Below are positions 7,949-18,677 of a DNA stretch of 64,000 nt, in pieces. The DNA is taken from NCBI GenBank assembly GCA_963827685.1, contig CAWHBU010000005.1:310994-374993 (forward strand), written 5' to 3'. The stretch is from an uncultured delta proteobacterium (GTDB taxonomy: Bacteria > Desulfobacterota > BSN033 > UBA1163). Below the pieces are notes generated by a model that saw only the letters and a list, made by a program, of their open reading frames with translations, was not told where the DNA came from and made no database searches. How positions within the stretch are numbered: the first letter of the stretch is position 1; every line of letters begins with the position of its first letter. The position numbers were made by a program, and so were the translations under genes.

Positions 7949-8476
7949 TCAGCTACCGCTGTCAGGTCTATCAGTCCCCAATGAGCGGACAGCTCTGACG
8001 AATCCTTTGGCGCGCTTCTTTGGAGTAGGGTATACCCTCGAGACCTCTTTCCCTTGAGAGGGACTATAGTTGAACGGGAGCAAGACAGTGGGGTCGGATG
8101 ACCAATAGAGATCAAAATAGGCATAGACATCGCGTGAATGTCTGCGCATCATCAATTCGACAACCACTGCGGTGTCTCGTTCGTCAGGGTTGGGCAGACG
8201 CCAATCCGTATAGCCACCCACTCGTAGCGTCATACAGTACTTTTGCGCTTCCTCGAATGTGACCTCCTTTCCATTATCGCCTTTCTGCCACATTATTTTC
8301 CGCCTTGTGTCCGTAACCGTGCCATCTCCGTTGTCCACAAACCTTTTCTCTGCGACAAGAACGGGCGCCTTGCGCGGGGGGGGAAGGTGTTCGGCTGACT
8401 CAGCCGTGTGCGACCGGCTAAGAAGTAGTAGTACAGAGGCTATGAACATAAGCGAGAATCGCAACACATTTTGCAT
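7949..8476 (-). CDS. DUF1566 (Lcl C-terminal-like) secreted protein
   Basis: RFVDNGDGTVTDT..MWQK..A..YC..GGYTDWRLP..YWSS..VRAVR. Confidence 0.85.
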   Translation of the reverse strand: MQNVLRFSLMFIASVLLLLSRSHTAESAEHLPPPRKAPVLVAEKRFVDNGDGTVTDTRRKIMWQKGDNGKEVTFEEAQKYCMTLRVGGYTDWRLPNPDERDTAVVVELMMRRHSRDVYAYFDLYWSSDPTVLLPFNYSPSQGKEVSRVYPTPKKRAKGFVRAVRSLGTDRPDSGS

Positions 8477-8557
8477 CTTAGTGCCCCCTTCTTGGCTGCA
8501 GGAAACCCTCCCGGGCCACCAGCCCGACCTCACCGCCCCCACAAATAACTGTGCAGC

Positions 8558-9448
8558 CTAACCGCTGTGAGATCCCCGTGAGCCTTCGGGAAGAAGCTTG
8601 GCGATACCCCAGGCTACCGCGTAGACCACGCCGAGGAGGACAACATCCGTCGGGCCGACGGGCAAATCCCATTGATATGCAATCCAGAAACCGAGGAAAG
8701 CAACCGCGCCACCGACCAGTGAGGCCAGTGCCGTGAACTGGCGCATATTGTGCGCAAACAAGTGTGCCGTCAGTGCGGGGATCAGCAAAAATCCAAACGC
8801 GATCAGCGGACCGACGCTGAGCACCGCCATCGAGACGGTCAGGCCGATCATCAGATAGAGCAGCACATCCCAGAAAACAACATTCTTGCCAAGTATAATG
8901 GCCATCTCCCGGTCAAACGAGACCAGGAGCAACTCCTTGTAAAACAGTCCCAGCGAGACGAGGACGAGCGCAAGCGTTCCTGCCGTCAACGCAAGATCGA
9001 AATTGGAGATGGTGATAACCTCTCCTTTCAGCATATCGAGCCAGCCGATCTCGCCGTATGGATTTTTTGCCAGCAACAATATGCCCAATGCGGCAGCCAC
9101 GACATACGCAGTGCCGAGTCGACCTTCAGGCTGGCCGTGCCCGCGCCGCTCCAGAAACGCCAGCACCAGGATTGCGGTCAGCGAAAATGTGATCGAGCCG
9201 ACAAAGGCGAGGGCATGCGCACTGTGTGAGCCGTGGTCGGTCAGACGAAATCCCAGCCACAAGGGAAGCGAGAGCGCGACAGCGACGCCTGTCGAGGAGA
9301 TCTGCGGTAGTGCTACGCCCATAAACACCAGCCGGCGCATCACGAGAAACACACCGACGAGCGGGCAAGCGAAGCCGACGAGCACGCTGGTATAAACCGA
9401 GTTACGCAGGAGAAAATCGGGAGAGAGAATCTGACGTAACGCTTCCAT
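8558..9448 (-). CDS. Mn/Zn-type metal ABC transporter permease
   Basis: LVGVFLVMRRLVFMG, YKELLLVSFDREMA, DLPVGP. Confidence 0.9.
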   Translation of the reverse strand: MEALRQILSPDFLLRNSVYTSVLVGFACPLVGVFLVMRRLVFMGVALPQISSTGVAVALSLPLWLGFRLTDHGSHSAHALAFVGSITFSLTAILVLAFLERRGHGQPEGRLGTAYVVAAALGILLLAKNPYGEIGWLDMLKGEVITISNFDLALTAGTLALVLVSLGLFYKELLLVSFDREMAIILGKNVVFWDVLLYLMIGLTVSMAVLSVGPLIAFGFLLIPALTAHLFAHNMRQFTALASLVGGAVAFLGFWIAYQWDLPVGPTDVVLLGVVYAVAWGIAKLLPEGSRGSHSG

Positions 9449-9449
9449 A

Positions 9450-10166
9450 TTAGCCGACCCCTATTTCAAAAATCTCTGCCATCCGTTCCGGCGTAAGCAG
9501 TTCGTCCGTGGTGCCGTGGAACACCTCACCCTCGTGAAGCCAGATGACTTGCTGGGCATGCTCGCGCACTAACGCAAAGTCGTGCGTAACGAGCAAGACC
9601 GTGATCTCCCTTTCCTTGATGATCTGTGAAATGAAATCCAGTACCGCATGAGTCGCTTTGGGATCAACGCCCGCGGTCGGTTCGTCGAGCACAAGGACGT
9701 CAGGCCGCGTCGTCAGGGCGCGGGCGATGAGCACGCGTTGCTTCTGGCCTCCAGAGAGTTCAGCAAACCGTTTGTGGGCAAACTCCTCAGCACCCGCCGC
9801 GCGAAGGCATTCACGCATCAAGGAACGTTCGAGTGAGGGAACAAAACGCCCTGGCCGGACGCGTCCATACACGCCCATCAGAGCAACCTCGAACCCCGTC
9901 AGTAGATAAATCGGATCGAACTGAATGGTTTGGGGGACGTAACCGAACACAAGCGGTGCGCCTGTCGATGGGGCGGTGACGATGCGGCCTGCGATTGGCG
10001 CAAGCAGTCCAATGAGCGTCTTGAGCAGAGTCGATTTACCCGAACCGTTCGCACCGAGAATGGCAGTGAAGCTGTCGCGGGCAATCGAGAGCGAAATCCC
10101 GGACAGCACAGGCTGGCCGTTGTAGCCGATGCTCAGGTTGTCCAGTGTGATGAGCGCTTCATTCAT
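9450..10166 (-). CDS. Metal ABC transporter ATP-binding protein
   Basis: GANGSGKST, GYVPQ, LSGGQKQR, LDEPT. Confidence 0.92.
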   Translation of the reverse strand: MNEALITLDNLSIGYNGQPVLSGISLSIARDSFTAILGANGSGKSTLLKTLIGLLAPIAGRIVTAPSTGAPLVFGYVPQTIQFDPIYLLTGFEVALMGVYGRVRPGRFVPSLERSLMRECLRAAGAEEFAHKRFAELSGGQKQRVLIARALTTRPDVLVLDEPTAGVDPKATHAVLDFISQIIKEREITVLLVTHDFALVREHAQQVIWLHEGEVFHGTTDELLTPERMAEIFEIGVG

Positions 10167-10237
10167 ATGTCTGTTATTGAGAATCTCATAATGGGGCCCG
10201 CCCGGACGACGCACGGGCGGACCCGCTGTTTGCGTGT

Positions 10238-11170
10238 TTATTTCCTACTTTGTACGGCTGTAACCATAGTATGGATGATATAGTCCATCATTTCAATGTA
10301 AGTTCCTGTATGAGGGACGCCGCCCGGCATGATGGGCAGCGTTATCATCGTTGCGCCGGTCTGTTCGGCGATGCGTTTCGGCACCTTTTCGGGAAACTGC
10401 GGCTCGCGCACGACGATAGGAGCATGCTCGGTCTTCATCGCGGCGATCAATTCCTCAATGTGACGTGGCGTCGGATCGATGCCCGGCCTCAGTTCAATCG
10501 TGCCGAAGTAGTCCATGCCGAAGCGCTCCGCGAAGTATGGCCAATGTTCGTGATAGGACACGAACTTAACTCTCTTGAGCGGTTTGACTTCCTTCTCCCA
10601 CTCGGCAATCTTGGCGTCGAGCTTGGCAAGATAAGCATCGCGGTTGCGCGTGAATTCCGCTTGATCCTGCGGGGCGAACGCTACCAGCGCGTTGTAGATG
10701 TTCTCGATTGCGGTCTTCGCTAACACCGGATCGAGCATGTAGTGCGGGTTGCCGTAGGGATGAACGTCGCCCGCGGAGTGATCGGTTGACTTGGGTACAT
10801 CGCGAGGGATGATGCCCTTCGAACAGTCCACATAGCCGGACCTGTCTCTCTGGATACGCGGATTCTTGCTCGCTTCGATCAACGCAGGCAGGAAGGCGTG
10901 CTCGCATTCAAACCCCACCAAGATCAAGAGGTCCGCCCGATTCATCATCGGCACGAAGCTCGGTTTCATCGGAACCCCGTGCGTGTCTTCCACGCCTGTG
11001 GCCAAGCTGTGAACCTCGACTTGGTCCCCGCCGATGGCGCGGGTAAGGTCCGCCAAGTCAGTAAGCGTTGTGACGATGCGGATTTTGGCCGCGTGAGCGG
11101 GCATCGCGCTCCCACATAACACCCCAGCAAGGGTGATGACAAACAACAAGCTGAATAGTTTCGACTTCAT
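10238..11170 (-). CDS. Metal ABC transporter substrate-binding protein (ZnuA/TroA family)
   Basis: Signal peptide, EDTH, GDVHPYGNPHY, VSYHEHWPYF. Confidence 0.9.
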   Translation of the reverse strand: MKSKLFSLLFVITLAGVLCGSAMPAHAAKIRIVTTLTDLADLTRAIGGDQVEVHSLATGVEDTHGVPMKPSFVPMMNRADLLILVGFECEHAFLPALIEASKNPRIQRDRSGYVDCSKGIIPRDVPKSTDHSAGDVHPYGNPHYMLDPVLAKTAIENIYNALVAFAPQDQAEFTRNRDAYLAKLDAKIAEWEKEVKPLKRVKFVSYHEHWPYFAERFGMDYFGTIELRPGIDPTPRHIEELIAAMKTEHAPIVVREPQFPEKVPKRIAEQTGATMITLPIMPGGVPHTGTYIEMMDYIIHTMVTAVQSRK

Positions 11171-11192
11171 ATTCGATTCCTCCTCTCCAGAG

Positions 11193-12614
11193 TTAGCGTT
11201 CCTGCCACCCATGCGCGTGTGACCCGATGATCCACGCCCATTGCAGGTAAATGGCATCATCGTCGCGCAGGCCGGACAGTGCATTGTGGGTGGTGTGGGT
11301 GTATTGAAGGCGCAGCTGATTCCAGTGGCTGATGGCCCAAGTGATCCACGCAGAGTACGCGCTGGTTTTGTCAGCATTGTTCTGCGGGTTCTCCATCCAG
11401 TCAAACAGACACCCGACTATCCACTGCCGATGGAGTTTGTAGGCGAGATAGGAGTAAAGACCAAAGGAGCCAACGTCTCGGTTGAACGCAGGGCCGCCCC
11501 CAGCAGGATTATCGAGATAACGGTTGTCGCTGTAAAGGAGTTCTGTGCCCCAGGTGAGACTCCGGAACTGATTGTTACGCAGCGGCTGGTAGCGCAGCAT
11601 CACGTCTGCTCCCACCACGATGCGCCTGCGTTCGGTGAGCGTGCTGCCATCGGGTTGAACGAACACGCCGCCACGGTCGATTTCCTTCTGGTTGTACAGG
11701 CCTGAAACGCCGGTTTCGAGTGAGACATCGGGTGTCAGGTCAAAATACGTGGACGCGCGGCCCCAAGAGTTCAACTCGCTGAAGTGACGGAAGTTGCCGA
11801 CATTGTTTGGTGTATCGCCAAACTGATCTCCCACCCCCACTGTCAGGCTCACGTAATGCGGGATCGGCAGCAGGAAGTTGAGCTGTAACCCGTCTGTCTT
11901 CGATTCACCGCCGATGTAATTGTCGAGTACCAGCGGACGATTCACAAAGGGCAGTTCATGATCGTGGATGTACGACAACCGGCCGAATTCACCGAAGAAC
12001 CGTCCGCCCTTAAGCGTCAGGTTCCACGGCAGTGAGGTCGTTTGGATCGCAGCCTCTTCCACCGTCGCTTTGGCTTCGCCAGTAACCGGGTCGGCAGAGG
12101 CGTTGATCACAGCATAACCACGCGCAAACGGATCGACCGATCCGGCCAAGTTCAGTTCCACCGACCGTTGGTTGAAGTCGAACCCGCCAGGCCGGTCGCT
12201 GCCCGTCTGATTGGATCCCTTACTGCGATAGGAGAGGATTGACTCACCCACGAGCCCGATGGCGGGATTGAACACGCTGAGGATGTTCTTCTTCTGCGTC
12301 TCGACCACCTGACCCACTTCCTCCTTCAACTGCTGTACCTGCTCCTGTACCTGCTCAAGGGTTGACTTTTTCTCGGATACCTGTCCTACAGGAGGTGGAG
12401 CCTCCTTGGGTTGCACTGCTACCTGTTGTTCCGGAGGCTTTATTTGTTTCATCTCAGCCTTTAAATCTTCAATCAGCTTTTGTTGCTCCTTAATGGTTTG
12501 CTCCTGTTTTTTAAGTGCCTCTTCCAATATCTTGATGCGCTCCTCCAAGGTCTGGGCAAACCCGCTGGAATAAAAGACAAAGAACATAACGATGGAAATA
12601 AGAATCGTTTTCAT
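11193..12614 (-). CDS. Outer-membrane porin-like protein of the metal uptake operon, with N-terminal coiled coil
   Basis: FNPAIG, VEEA, GGRFFGEFGRLSYIHDHELPFVNRP, C-terminal IGSHAH. Confidence 0.75.
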   Translation of the reverse strand: MKTILISIVMFFVFYSSGFAQTLEERIKILEEALKKQEQTIKEQQKLIEDLKAEMKQIKPPEQQVAVQPKEAPPPVGQVSEKKSTLEQVQEQVQQLKEEVGQVVETQKKNILSVFNPAIGLVGESILSYRSKGSNQTGSDRPGGFDFNQRSVELNLAGSVDPFARGYAVINASADPVTGEAKATVEEAAIQTTSLPWNLTLKGGRFFGEFGRLSYIHDHELPFVNRPLVLDNYIGGESKTDGLQLNFLLPIPHYVSLTVGVGDQFGDTPNNVGNFRHFSELNSWGRASTYFDLTPDVSLETGVSGLYNQKEIDRGGVFVQPDGSTLTERRRIVVGADVMLRYQPLRNNQFRSLTWGTELLYSDNRYLDNPAGGGPAFNRDVGSFGLYSYLAYKLHRQWIVGCLFDWMENPQNNADKTSAYSAWITWAISHWNQLRLQYTHTTHNALSGLRDDDAIYLQWAWIIGSHAHGWQER

Positions 12615-12755
12615 TTTGATTCCTCCATGCATTCGCTGCCTCGATTTAAGAGAGGACTATTTCCCATGTCATGCATCCATCAACAAGACAAAAAGAGAGA
12701 GGATGACATCACATGGTCCTGTACAAGGTGAAGAATTAAATTCTGGTCTTGTCCT

Positions 12756-13019
12756 TTATGCAGGAGGGGATCGATTTGAATAGGGGTGGTAATGTACGTA
12801 TGAGATGTTGACCGTATTTTCTATGGAGATGAACAAAACATTGGAAGATAGTAACGAAATTTGAGGGTTATCCTGAAACATCAAAACTGAGTGGTGTGAG
12901 ACATGACAACAGAGAAGGCAGTCATCATGAGGAACTCCATCCGCATGGTGGTGAAATGCAAGTCCAAGAATAGAGAGAGAAAAGCAAATGAGCAAGAGAT
13001 AAACAAGTCTTCTATTCAT
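12756..13019 (-). CDS. Small His/Cys-rich DUF2946-like protein
   Basis: AFHHHADG..HDDCLLC...NRSPPA C-terminus. Confidence 0.7.
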   Translation of the reverse strand: MNRRLVYLLLICFSLSILGLAFHHHADGVPHDDCLLCCHVSHHSVLMFQDNPQISLLSSNVLFISIENTVNISYVHYHPYSNRSPPA

Positions 13020-13363
13020 TAGCCTAATAATCTACCAATATGTAGAGAAAAGTAAATGGGGTATACACTGTATTTTTTGACAAAAGATACTGTATTTTTA
13101 AGCGGGAACATAACACAGATTACGAAATATGCAAGACCATCTATAAACCGAACCTGTTTCGGATATAAATCTTATTGATTTTAGGTTAAATTTTAAACCT
13201 TTGAATGAAGACTTGTCACCATCGCTTTCCATTTTTCTGTTGCTTTCCATTTTCTTCTCAAATTTCTGGCAGGCCTTTTGAACTCATTGGGGATAAACAG
13301 CCTCTTTTTTCTTGAAAACGTCTTTCCTCCAGGATATGATTCCCGAAAAGAGGGGGGTGAAAA

Positions 13364-15454
13364 ATGGACAAACTCTTCTATCCGAAATCTGTGGTTGTGA
13401 TCGGCGTTTCAGAAAACCCTGACAACCTCGCTCGAATCATTGTCGAAAACCTCTTCAAATTCCAATTCAAGGGGGAGATTATATTAGTAGGCAAAAAAGA
13501 GGGAATTCTCTTTGGAAGAAAAACCTATACGTCTCCGGATGAACTCAGAGAAGGCATCGACGTCGCCGTGATCCTCACGCCTGCTCCCACTGTCCCCGGG
13601 ATACTGGAGGCCTGCGGCCAAAAAAAGATTCCATGGGCGATTATTGAATCAGGAGGATTCAGGGAATATTCCGACAAAGGGGCAGAATTAGAAAAAGAGG
13701 TCCTTCGGATTGCCAAGAAATGGGGAATTCGCATCGCCGGACCGAACGGAATTGGAATCATCAATGTCGAGAACGGTTTCGTCGTCCCCTTCGTCAAACT
13801 GAGACCGGAAATGGTCAATAAAGGAAAAGTCTCCGTCCTGGCGCAGAGCGGCGGAGTAACCATCGGCTATTTCAACCTGCTTGCCAGCGCCAATGTGGGG
13901 ATAGCCAAGATGGTAAGCATGGGGAACAAATTGGATCTCAATGAGATTGATTACCTCAAATATCTGATCCAAGACCCACAGACGGAAATCATCGGCCTTT
14001 ACCTGGAGAGCCTTGAAAGAGGAAGAGAATTAATGGAGATTGCACGATCCACCCCCAAGCCGATCATCCTCCACAAAGCCAATATTGGAGAAGGAAGCCA
14101 CCACATCGCCAAACTTCATACAGCGGCTCTGGCGAACGACGATAGAGTGGTCGACGCAGCATTGAAGCAGTCGGATATCATCCGGGCAAGAGATTTTCGA
14201 TTCTTTGCCAGTGCGGTAAAGATCCTTTCCCTTCCGCCCATGAAGGGAAACAGCCTGGTCGTCCTCTCCCGCTCCGGAGGCATTGCCATCGTGGCTGCGG
14301 ATTCTGCCGAACGCTATGGCTTTAAGCTTTTTCCCCTGGCAAAGAGTTTTACAGGACGAATTCAAAGTTACTTCAGAGCAAAAGTGATCCAGCCCACCAA
14401 TCCTCTCGATCTGGGCGACCTTTTCGACTTCGACCTCTATACGAAGATTCTTGACCAGGCCCTACGAATCAGGGGGGTAGATGGAATCCTATTCCAGCAT
14501 GGCTCTGCCGGCGATGAAAAAGAGCCTTCCCGGAGATTGATTCACGCAGTCAAGGAACTCTCTTTCCGCCATAAAAAGCCAGTGGCTCTATGCTACTTTA
14601 CCGAAGAAGAAGAGTTGGCCTTTATCAAGAGGACTTTCGACTACCCCATCTTCACGGAACCCAGTGAGGCGCTAAGCGCTTTGGCAGTTTCAAGGGAATA
14701 TTTTCGGAAGCAAAACATTTTAAAGGAAAAACCCCCTACCTATCGAGCGGACCGTGGCCGGGTAAAACACCTCTTCCAAAAAGCAGCAGGAGAGAAGAGA
14801 GATCTCCTCCTCCCTGAGGCGTACGAAGTTCTCCAGGCATACGGCATTCCAGCGGCAGATTATCAAGTCGTTCACCAAAAAGAGGATTTGAAAAAAGCAA
14901 TGAATAAAATAGGGGTTCCTGTTGCCCTCAAGATCATCTCCCCGGAAATCTCACACAAGTCTGATGTCGGGGGGGTCGTACTCAATATCAGCCAGGCATC
15001 AGAAGCTGAACAAACCTATGACAAGATGCAAAGACTTGTCAAAGGCCCTTCCTCCGGAGTACTGGTTCAGAAGATGGTCTCAGATGGAAAGGAGGTTATC
15101 TTAGGAGCGAAACAAGATCCTTCTTTCGGTCCGGTGCTTCTTTTTGGATTGGGAGGAATTTATGTAGAGGTCTTCAAGGAGACTTCTCTCCGGGTGGCTC
15201 CGATCAATCGTTCCGAGGCCGAGGAGATGATATCGGAATTGAAAACATCGGCCATTCTCAAAGGCGTTCGAGGAGAAAAACCTCTGGATATTAGGGCACT
15301 GGTTGAAAATCTTCTTAGGCTTTCCCAGTTGATGATCGATTTCCCAGAGATCGAAGGAATTGATATCAATCCGGTGAAGGTTCTTGAAAAGGGAGCCATT
15401 GCAGTCGATGCACGGATCGCCTTGAGCAAAACACATTTGGAATCTGAAACATAG
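13364..15454 (+). CDS. Acetate/acyl-CoA ligase (ADP-forming), fused alpha-beta
   Basis: LFYPKSVVVIGVS, GPNGIG, AQSGG, NPLDL, LKIISPEISHKSDVGGV, DINP. Confidence 0.92.
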   Translation: MDKLFYPKSVVVIGVSENPDNLARIIVENLFKFQFKGEIILVGKKEGILFGRKTYTSPDELREGIDVAVILTPAPTVPGILEACGQKKIPWAIIESGGFREYSDKGAELEKEVLRIAKKWGIRIAGPNGIGIINVENGFVVPFVKLRPEMVNKGKVSVLAQSGGVTIGYFNLLASANVGIAKMVSMGNKLDLNEIDYLKYLIQDPQTEIIGLYLESLERGRELMEIARSTPKPIILHKANIGEGSHHIAKLHTAALANDDRVVDAALKQSDIIRARDFRFFASAVKILSLPPMKGNSLVVLSRSGGIAIVAADSAERYGFKLFPLAKSFTGRIQSYFRAKVIQPTNPLDLGDLFDFDLYTKILDQALRIRGVDGILFQHGSAGDEKEPSRRLIHAVKELSFRHKKPVALCYFTEEEELAFIKRTFDYPIFTEPSEALSALAVSREYFRKQNILKEKPPTYRADRGRVKHLFQKAAGEKRDLLLPEAYEVLQAYGIPAADYQVVHQKEDLKKAMNKIGVPVALKIISPEISHKSDVGGVVLNISQASEAEQTYDKMQRLVKGPSSGVLVQKMVSDGKEVILGAKQDPSFGPVLLFGLGGIYVEVFKETSLRVAPINRSEAEEMISELKTSAILKGVRGEKPLDIRALVENLLRLSQLMIDFPEIEGIDINPVKVLEKGAIAVDARIALSKTHLESET

Positions 15455-15493
15455 AGTGCTTCAAAATTATTTTTTCCAGAGCGTTGGTCGTTA

Positions 15494-16081
15494 TTAATGG
15501 TTTGTGAGATATTTTTTCATCCCATCAGAATTCGCAGTCATAGTATCTTTCCCATCCTCCCAGTCTGCAGGACAGACCTGACCTTCATGGGAGCTGACAA
15601 ATTGGAAGGCTTTCATGACTCGCGTGGCTTCTGTCACCGAACGACCAACGGAGAGGCTATTGATGGTAGAGTGCATGATCACCCCTTCAGGACTGATCAG
15701 AAAAAGCCCTCGAAGGGCAACCCCTTCATCCTCCATGAGGATTCCATAATCTCGTGCTGTCCCTTTATTCAGGTCGGAGAGGAGTGGATAGTTGAGGCTG
15801 CCGCCAAGGCCGCCGTCCTCCCGTTTTGTATCCACCCAAGCTTTATGGACATAAATGGAGTCGACGGAGATGCCAAAAATCTGGCAACTGAGTTTGGCAA
15901 AATCTTCTACTGCCGCAGAGAAGTTAAGCACTTCGGTGGGACAGACAAAGGTGAAATCAAGTGGATAAAAAAGAAGAAGAACCCATTTCTTTCTGTAATC
16001 TGATAATTTGTACCGACTGAATTGTCCATTAAAATAACCCTCCAGTTCAAAATCTGGGGCAGGTCTTCCAACTAAAGACAT
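15494..16081 (-). CDS. ahpC: 2-Cys peroxiredoxin (AhpC type)
   Basis: FYPLDFTFVCPTE and VCPADW. Confidence 0.93.
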   Translation of the reverse strand: MSLVGRPAPDFELEGYFNGQFSRYKLSDYRKKWVLLLFYPLDFTFVCPTEVLNFSAAVEDFAKLSCQIFGISVDSIYVHKAWVDTKREDGGLGGSLNYPLLSDLNKGTARDYGILMEDEGVALRGLFLISPEGVIMHSTINSLSVGRSVTEATRVMKAFQFVSSHEGQVCPADWEDGKDTMTANSDGMKKYLTNH

Positions 16082-16159
16082 CGTTAAACCTCCTCTCTAA
16101 AAAAATGCCCTCTCGTTTTATACTAACATCCATCATCCAAAAATCAAATAGCGCACCCC

Positions 16160-16879
16160 TTACTTTTTCGACAGCTCTGGAACAATTTTTTGATAGCCAG
16201 CGGGGGGAAGGAAGACTTCATCCTTTAATTCCTTCTTTTCGATTTTCTTGACTTCTACCCGATTAATCGCCCCTAACCCATAAGTGATCGTGTGGTCTTT
16301 AATTAAAATGGGAAACCCATAGGGCTTGAGTTTCTCATAAATTTCCCGGCCTTCTTTCATCTCGACCCTGAAATCTTTTGAAAACCCCTGGGCCACTCGA
16401 TCCATCACCTTTTCTATCTCTTTCATCTCCACGTCACGGGTCACCCAGTTCTCCTCGATCAGCTCATCGTCTGCCAATATCTCAACCTGTTCCGTCTGAA
16501 AACCGTTGATGACAGCAGTTCTGCCGGTCTTTCTGACGGCGATCTTCCTCTCCTTGGGCTTTATTCCCGGGAATTCTTTCTTGAGCCGCTTGGCTACTTC
16601 TCTCTCCCACTGGGAAAGTTTGACTTCGACATAACTCTTGGACCGGTGGTCAATCATCATCAGTCCATCTCCCTTGAAGTCCAAGATCGTCGTCAGCCCG
16701 CTCTCCTGATGATCGGTTCGAAATCGGTAGTCCGAATAGTAAAGCGAGGCTTTTGAAGGACCTCCGTCCCTGTCTCTCACCACCTGCTCAACCACCACCC
16801 CTGCCAGGCCTTTTCCAGGCACCTCCAACAAAAGCACACCTATCAACAATATCAGAAAAAATAGAGTCTTTGTTTTCAT
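16160..16879 (-). CDS. DUF4412-like secreted protein
   Basis: Signal peptide, KTGRTAVINGF, C-terminal VFLPPAGYQK. Confidence 0.7.
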   Translation of the reverse strand: MKTKTLFFLILLIGVLLLEVPGKGLAGVVVEQVVRDRDGGPSKASLYYSDYRFRTDHQESGLTTILDFKGDGLMMIDHRSKSYVEVKLSQWEREVAKRLKKEFPGIKPKERKIAVRKTGRTAVINGFQTEQVEILADDELIEENWVTRDVEMKEIEKVMDRVAQGFSKDFRVEMKEGREIYEKLKPYGFPILIKDHTITYGLGAINRVEVKKIEKKELKDEVFLPPAGYQKIVPELSKK

Positions 16880-17017
16880 GACCCTCTCCTTAATCTCCCT
16901 GGCACCTACTTGTCGAGTCATTGAGTTATTAGGTCATTAACCTATTCAATTTTTAAGTTCTCATTCCGCAATCCGAAATCCCTGCTTACCAGCAGGCAGG
17001 CGCGTTCCCAAATATCA

Positions 17018-18631
17018 TTATAGCTCCGATTCCAATTCCTCTAATTTCTTGCTGACCTCCTCCAATTCCTTCAACCACCTGGAATCGTAAACTTCCGCTC
17101 CTCTCTTCTTCTCCTGTTTCAATTTTCGACGAAGCCTCTTATAAGTCCGATCCAAATGCCTGAACAGGACAGAAAAAGACTCTTCAGCGGGTAGTCCTTC
17201 GTCCACCCTTTCTTCTGACACACCCTTCTCTCCATCACCAAAGAGAACTCTCTTCTCCCTCCATTGCGGCACGGCCGTTTTAAAATGAAATTGTTCACGG
17301 ATGAGTTGACTCAGCTCCATTGAAATCTTCTCTTCTCCATGATTGACAAAAACCTCAAGCTGAGGATGACGGATGTGGGAAATCCAATCGAGAAGCCCTT
17401 TCTGGTCAGCATGGGCAGAGAATCCTCCCAAGGTATGGATATGAGCTTTGACGGCAATTTCCTCTCCAAAAAGCCTGACCGTGTTGGCTCCATCAACAAG
17501 CCTCCTCCCAATGGTGCCCTCGGCTTGGTATCCGATGATGACGATGTGGGATTCTTCTCGCCAGAGGTGGTGCTTCAAATGGTGTTGGATCCTTCCGGAG
17601 TCACACATCCCGCTGGCGGAAATGATAATCCCAGATCTCGGATCTTCGTTAATGGCTTTTGACTCCTCGGTAGTCTGGGTATAGAGGATGCCTGGAATCT
17701 CTAATGGATTTTCTCCTCCCGATAGGAGGTCTTGGGTCTCCTGGTCAAAACAATCTGAATTCCTCTTAAAGATCTCCGTGGCGGAGATAGCCAGTGGACT
17801 ATCGATATAAATGGGAATCTGAGGAAGAGAGCCTTTTCTGATAAATTGGCCAAGGGTGTAAATAATATCTTGAGTTCGCTCCACCGCAAAGGCAGGGATG
17901 ACCACCTTCGCTTGATGTGCGATAGCCTCCCGAACGATCTTCAACAATTCCTGAACCGTCTCTTCCCTTGATTTGTGAAGCCGATTCCCATAGGTGGATT
18001 CCAACCAAAGAACATCCCCCTCCTCAACGATCGATGGATCTCGAACGATAGGTTGGTCGGAGTTCCCCAAGTCTCCTGAAAAGATGATCTTTTTCTCATC
18101 TCTTCCCTCCTCGACCCAGATCTCAATGATCGCAGATCCCAGAATATGTCCGGCATCTTGAAAACGTGCCTTAACACCATCCGCCAACTGAATGATTTCA
18201 TCATAATGAATCGTCTGAAAAGATCGAAGGCTTTTTTCTGCATCTTCCACGGTGTAAAGAGGAATGGCATCGCCCTTCCCTGCTCTTTTGCCCTTACGAT
18301 TCTGCCACTCCGCTTCCATCTCCTGAATGTGTCCACTATCTTGAAGCATCACTTCACAGAGATCGGAGGTAGCCTTTGTACAGATCACTTTTCCTCGGAA
18401 TCCTTCTTTGACCAGTTTTGGGATGAGACCACTGTGGTCAATGTGGGCATGAGTGAGTAAAATAAAAGAGAGGTCTTTCGCCTGGTAGGGTTGGAGGTTC
18501 CAGTTTCTCTGCTCATATTCCTTATTCCCTTGAAACATTCCACAATCGACCAGCCACTTTAATGAACCCTTTTCCAAGAGGGTGGCAGACCCTGTGACTG
18601 TTCGAACCCCTCCTAAGAATTCAACTCTCAT
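17018..18631 (-). CDS. MBL-fold beta-CASP RNA-processing hydrolase
   Basis: FLGGVRTVTGS, THAHIDHSG, DAGHILGS, ESTYGNR, GFSAHAD. Confidence 0.92.
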   Translation of the reverse strand: MRVEFLGGVRTVTGSATLLEKGSLKWLVDCGMFQGNKEYEQRNWNLQPYQAKDLSFILLTHAHIDHSGLIPKLVKEGFRGKVICTKATSDLCEVMLQDSGHIQEMEAEWQNRKGKRAGKGDAIPLYTVEDAEKSLRSFQTIHYDEIIQLADGVKARFQDAGHILGSAIIEIWVEEGRDEKKIIFSGDLGNSDQPIVRDPSIVEEGDVLWLESTYGNRLHKSREETVQELLKIVREAIAHQAKVVIPAFAVERTQDIIYTLGQFIRKGSLPQIPIYIDSPLAISATEIFKRNSDCFDQETQDLLSGGENPLEIPGILYTQTTEESKAINEDPRSGIIISASGMCDSGRIQHHLKHHLWREESHIVIIGYQAEGTIGRRLVDGANTVRLFGEEIAVKAHIHTLGGFSAHADQKGLLDWISHIRHPQLEVFVNHGEEKISMELSQLIREQFHFKTAVPQWREKRVLFGDGEKGVSEERVDEGLPAEESFSVLFRHLDRTYKRLRRKLKQEKKRGAEVYDSRWLKELEEVSKKLEELESEL

Positions 18632-18677
18632 CGATTTATCTTCCCTCCAAGCCTCTTGCAAAGTAGCTCGGAATTAT

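Noticed and set aside
13020-13360. Zur/NikR box or riboswitch upstream of the metal uptake operon
   Set aside because: Only a short direct repeat (actgtattttt x2) and no palindrome or fold I could support.
15494-16081. Sec-containing peroxiredoxin (also checked UshA-like and MBL genes)
   Set aside because: These have ordinary Cys codons in uninterrupted frames.
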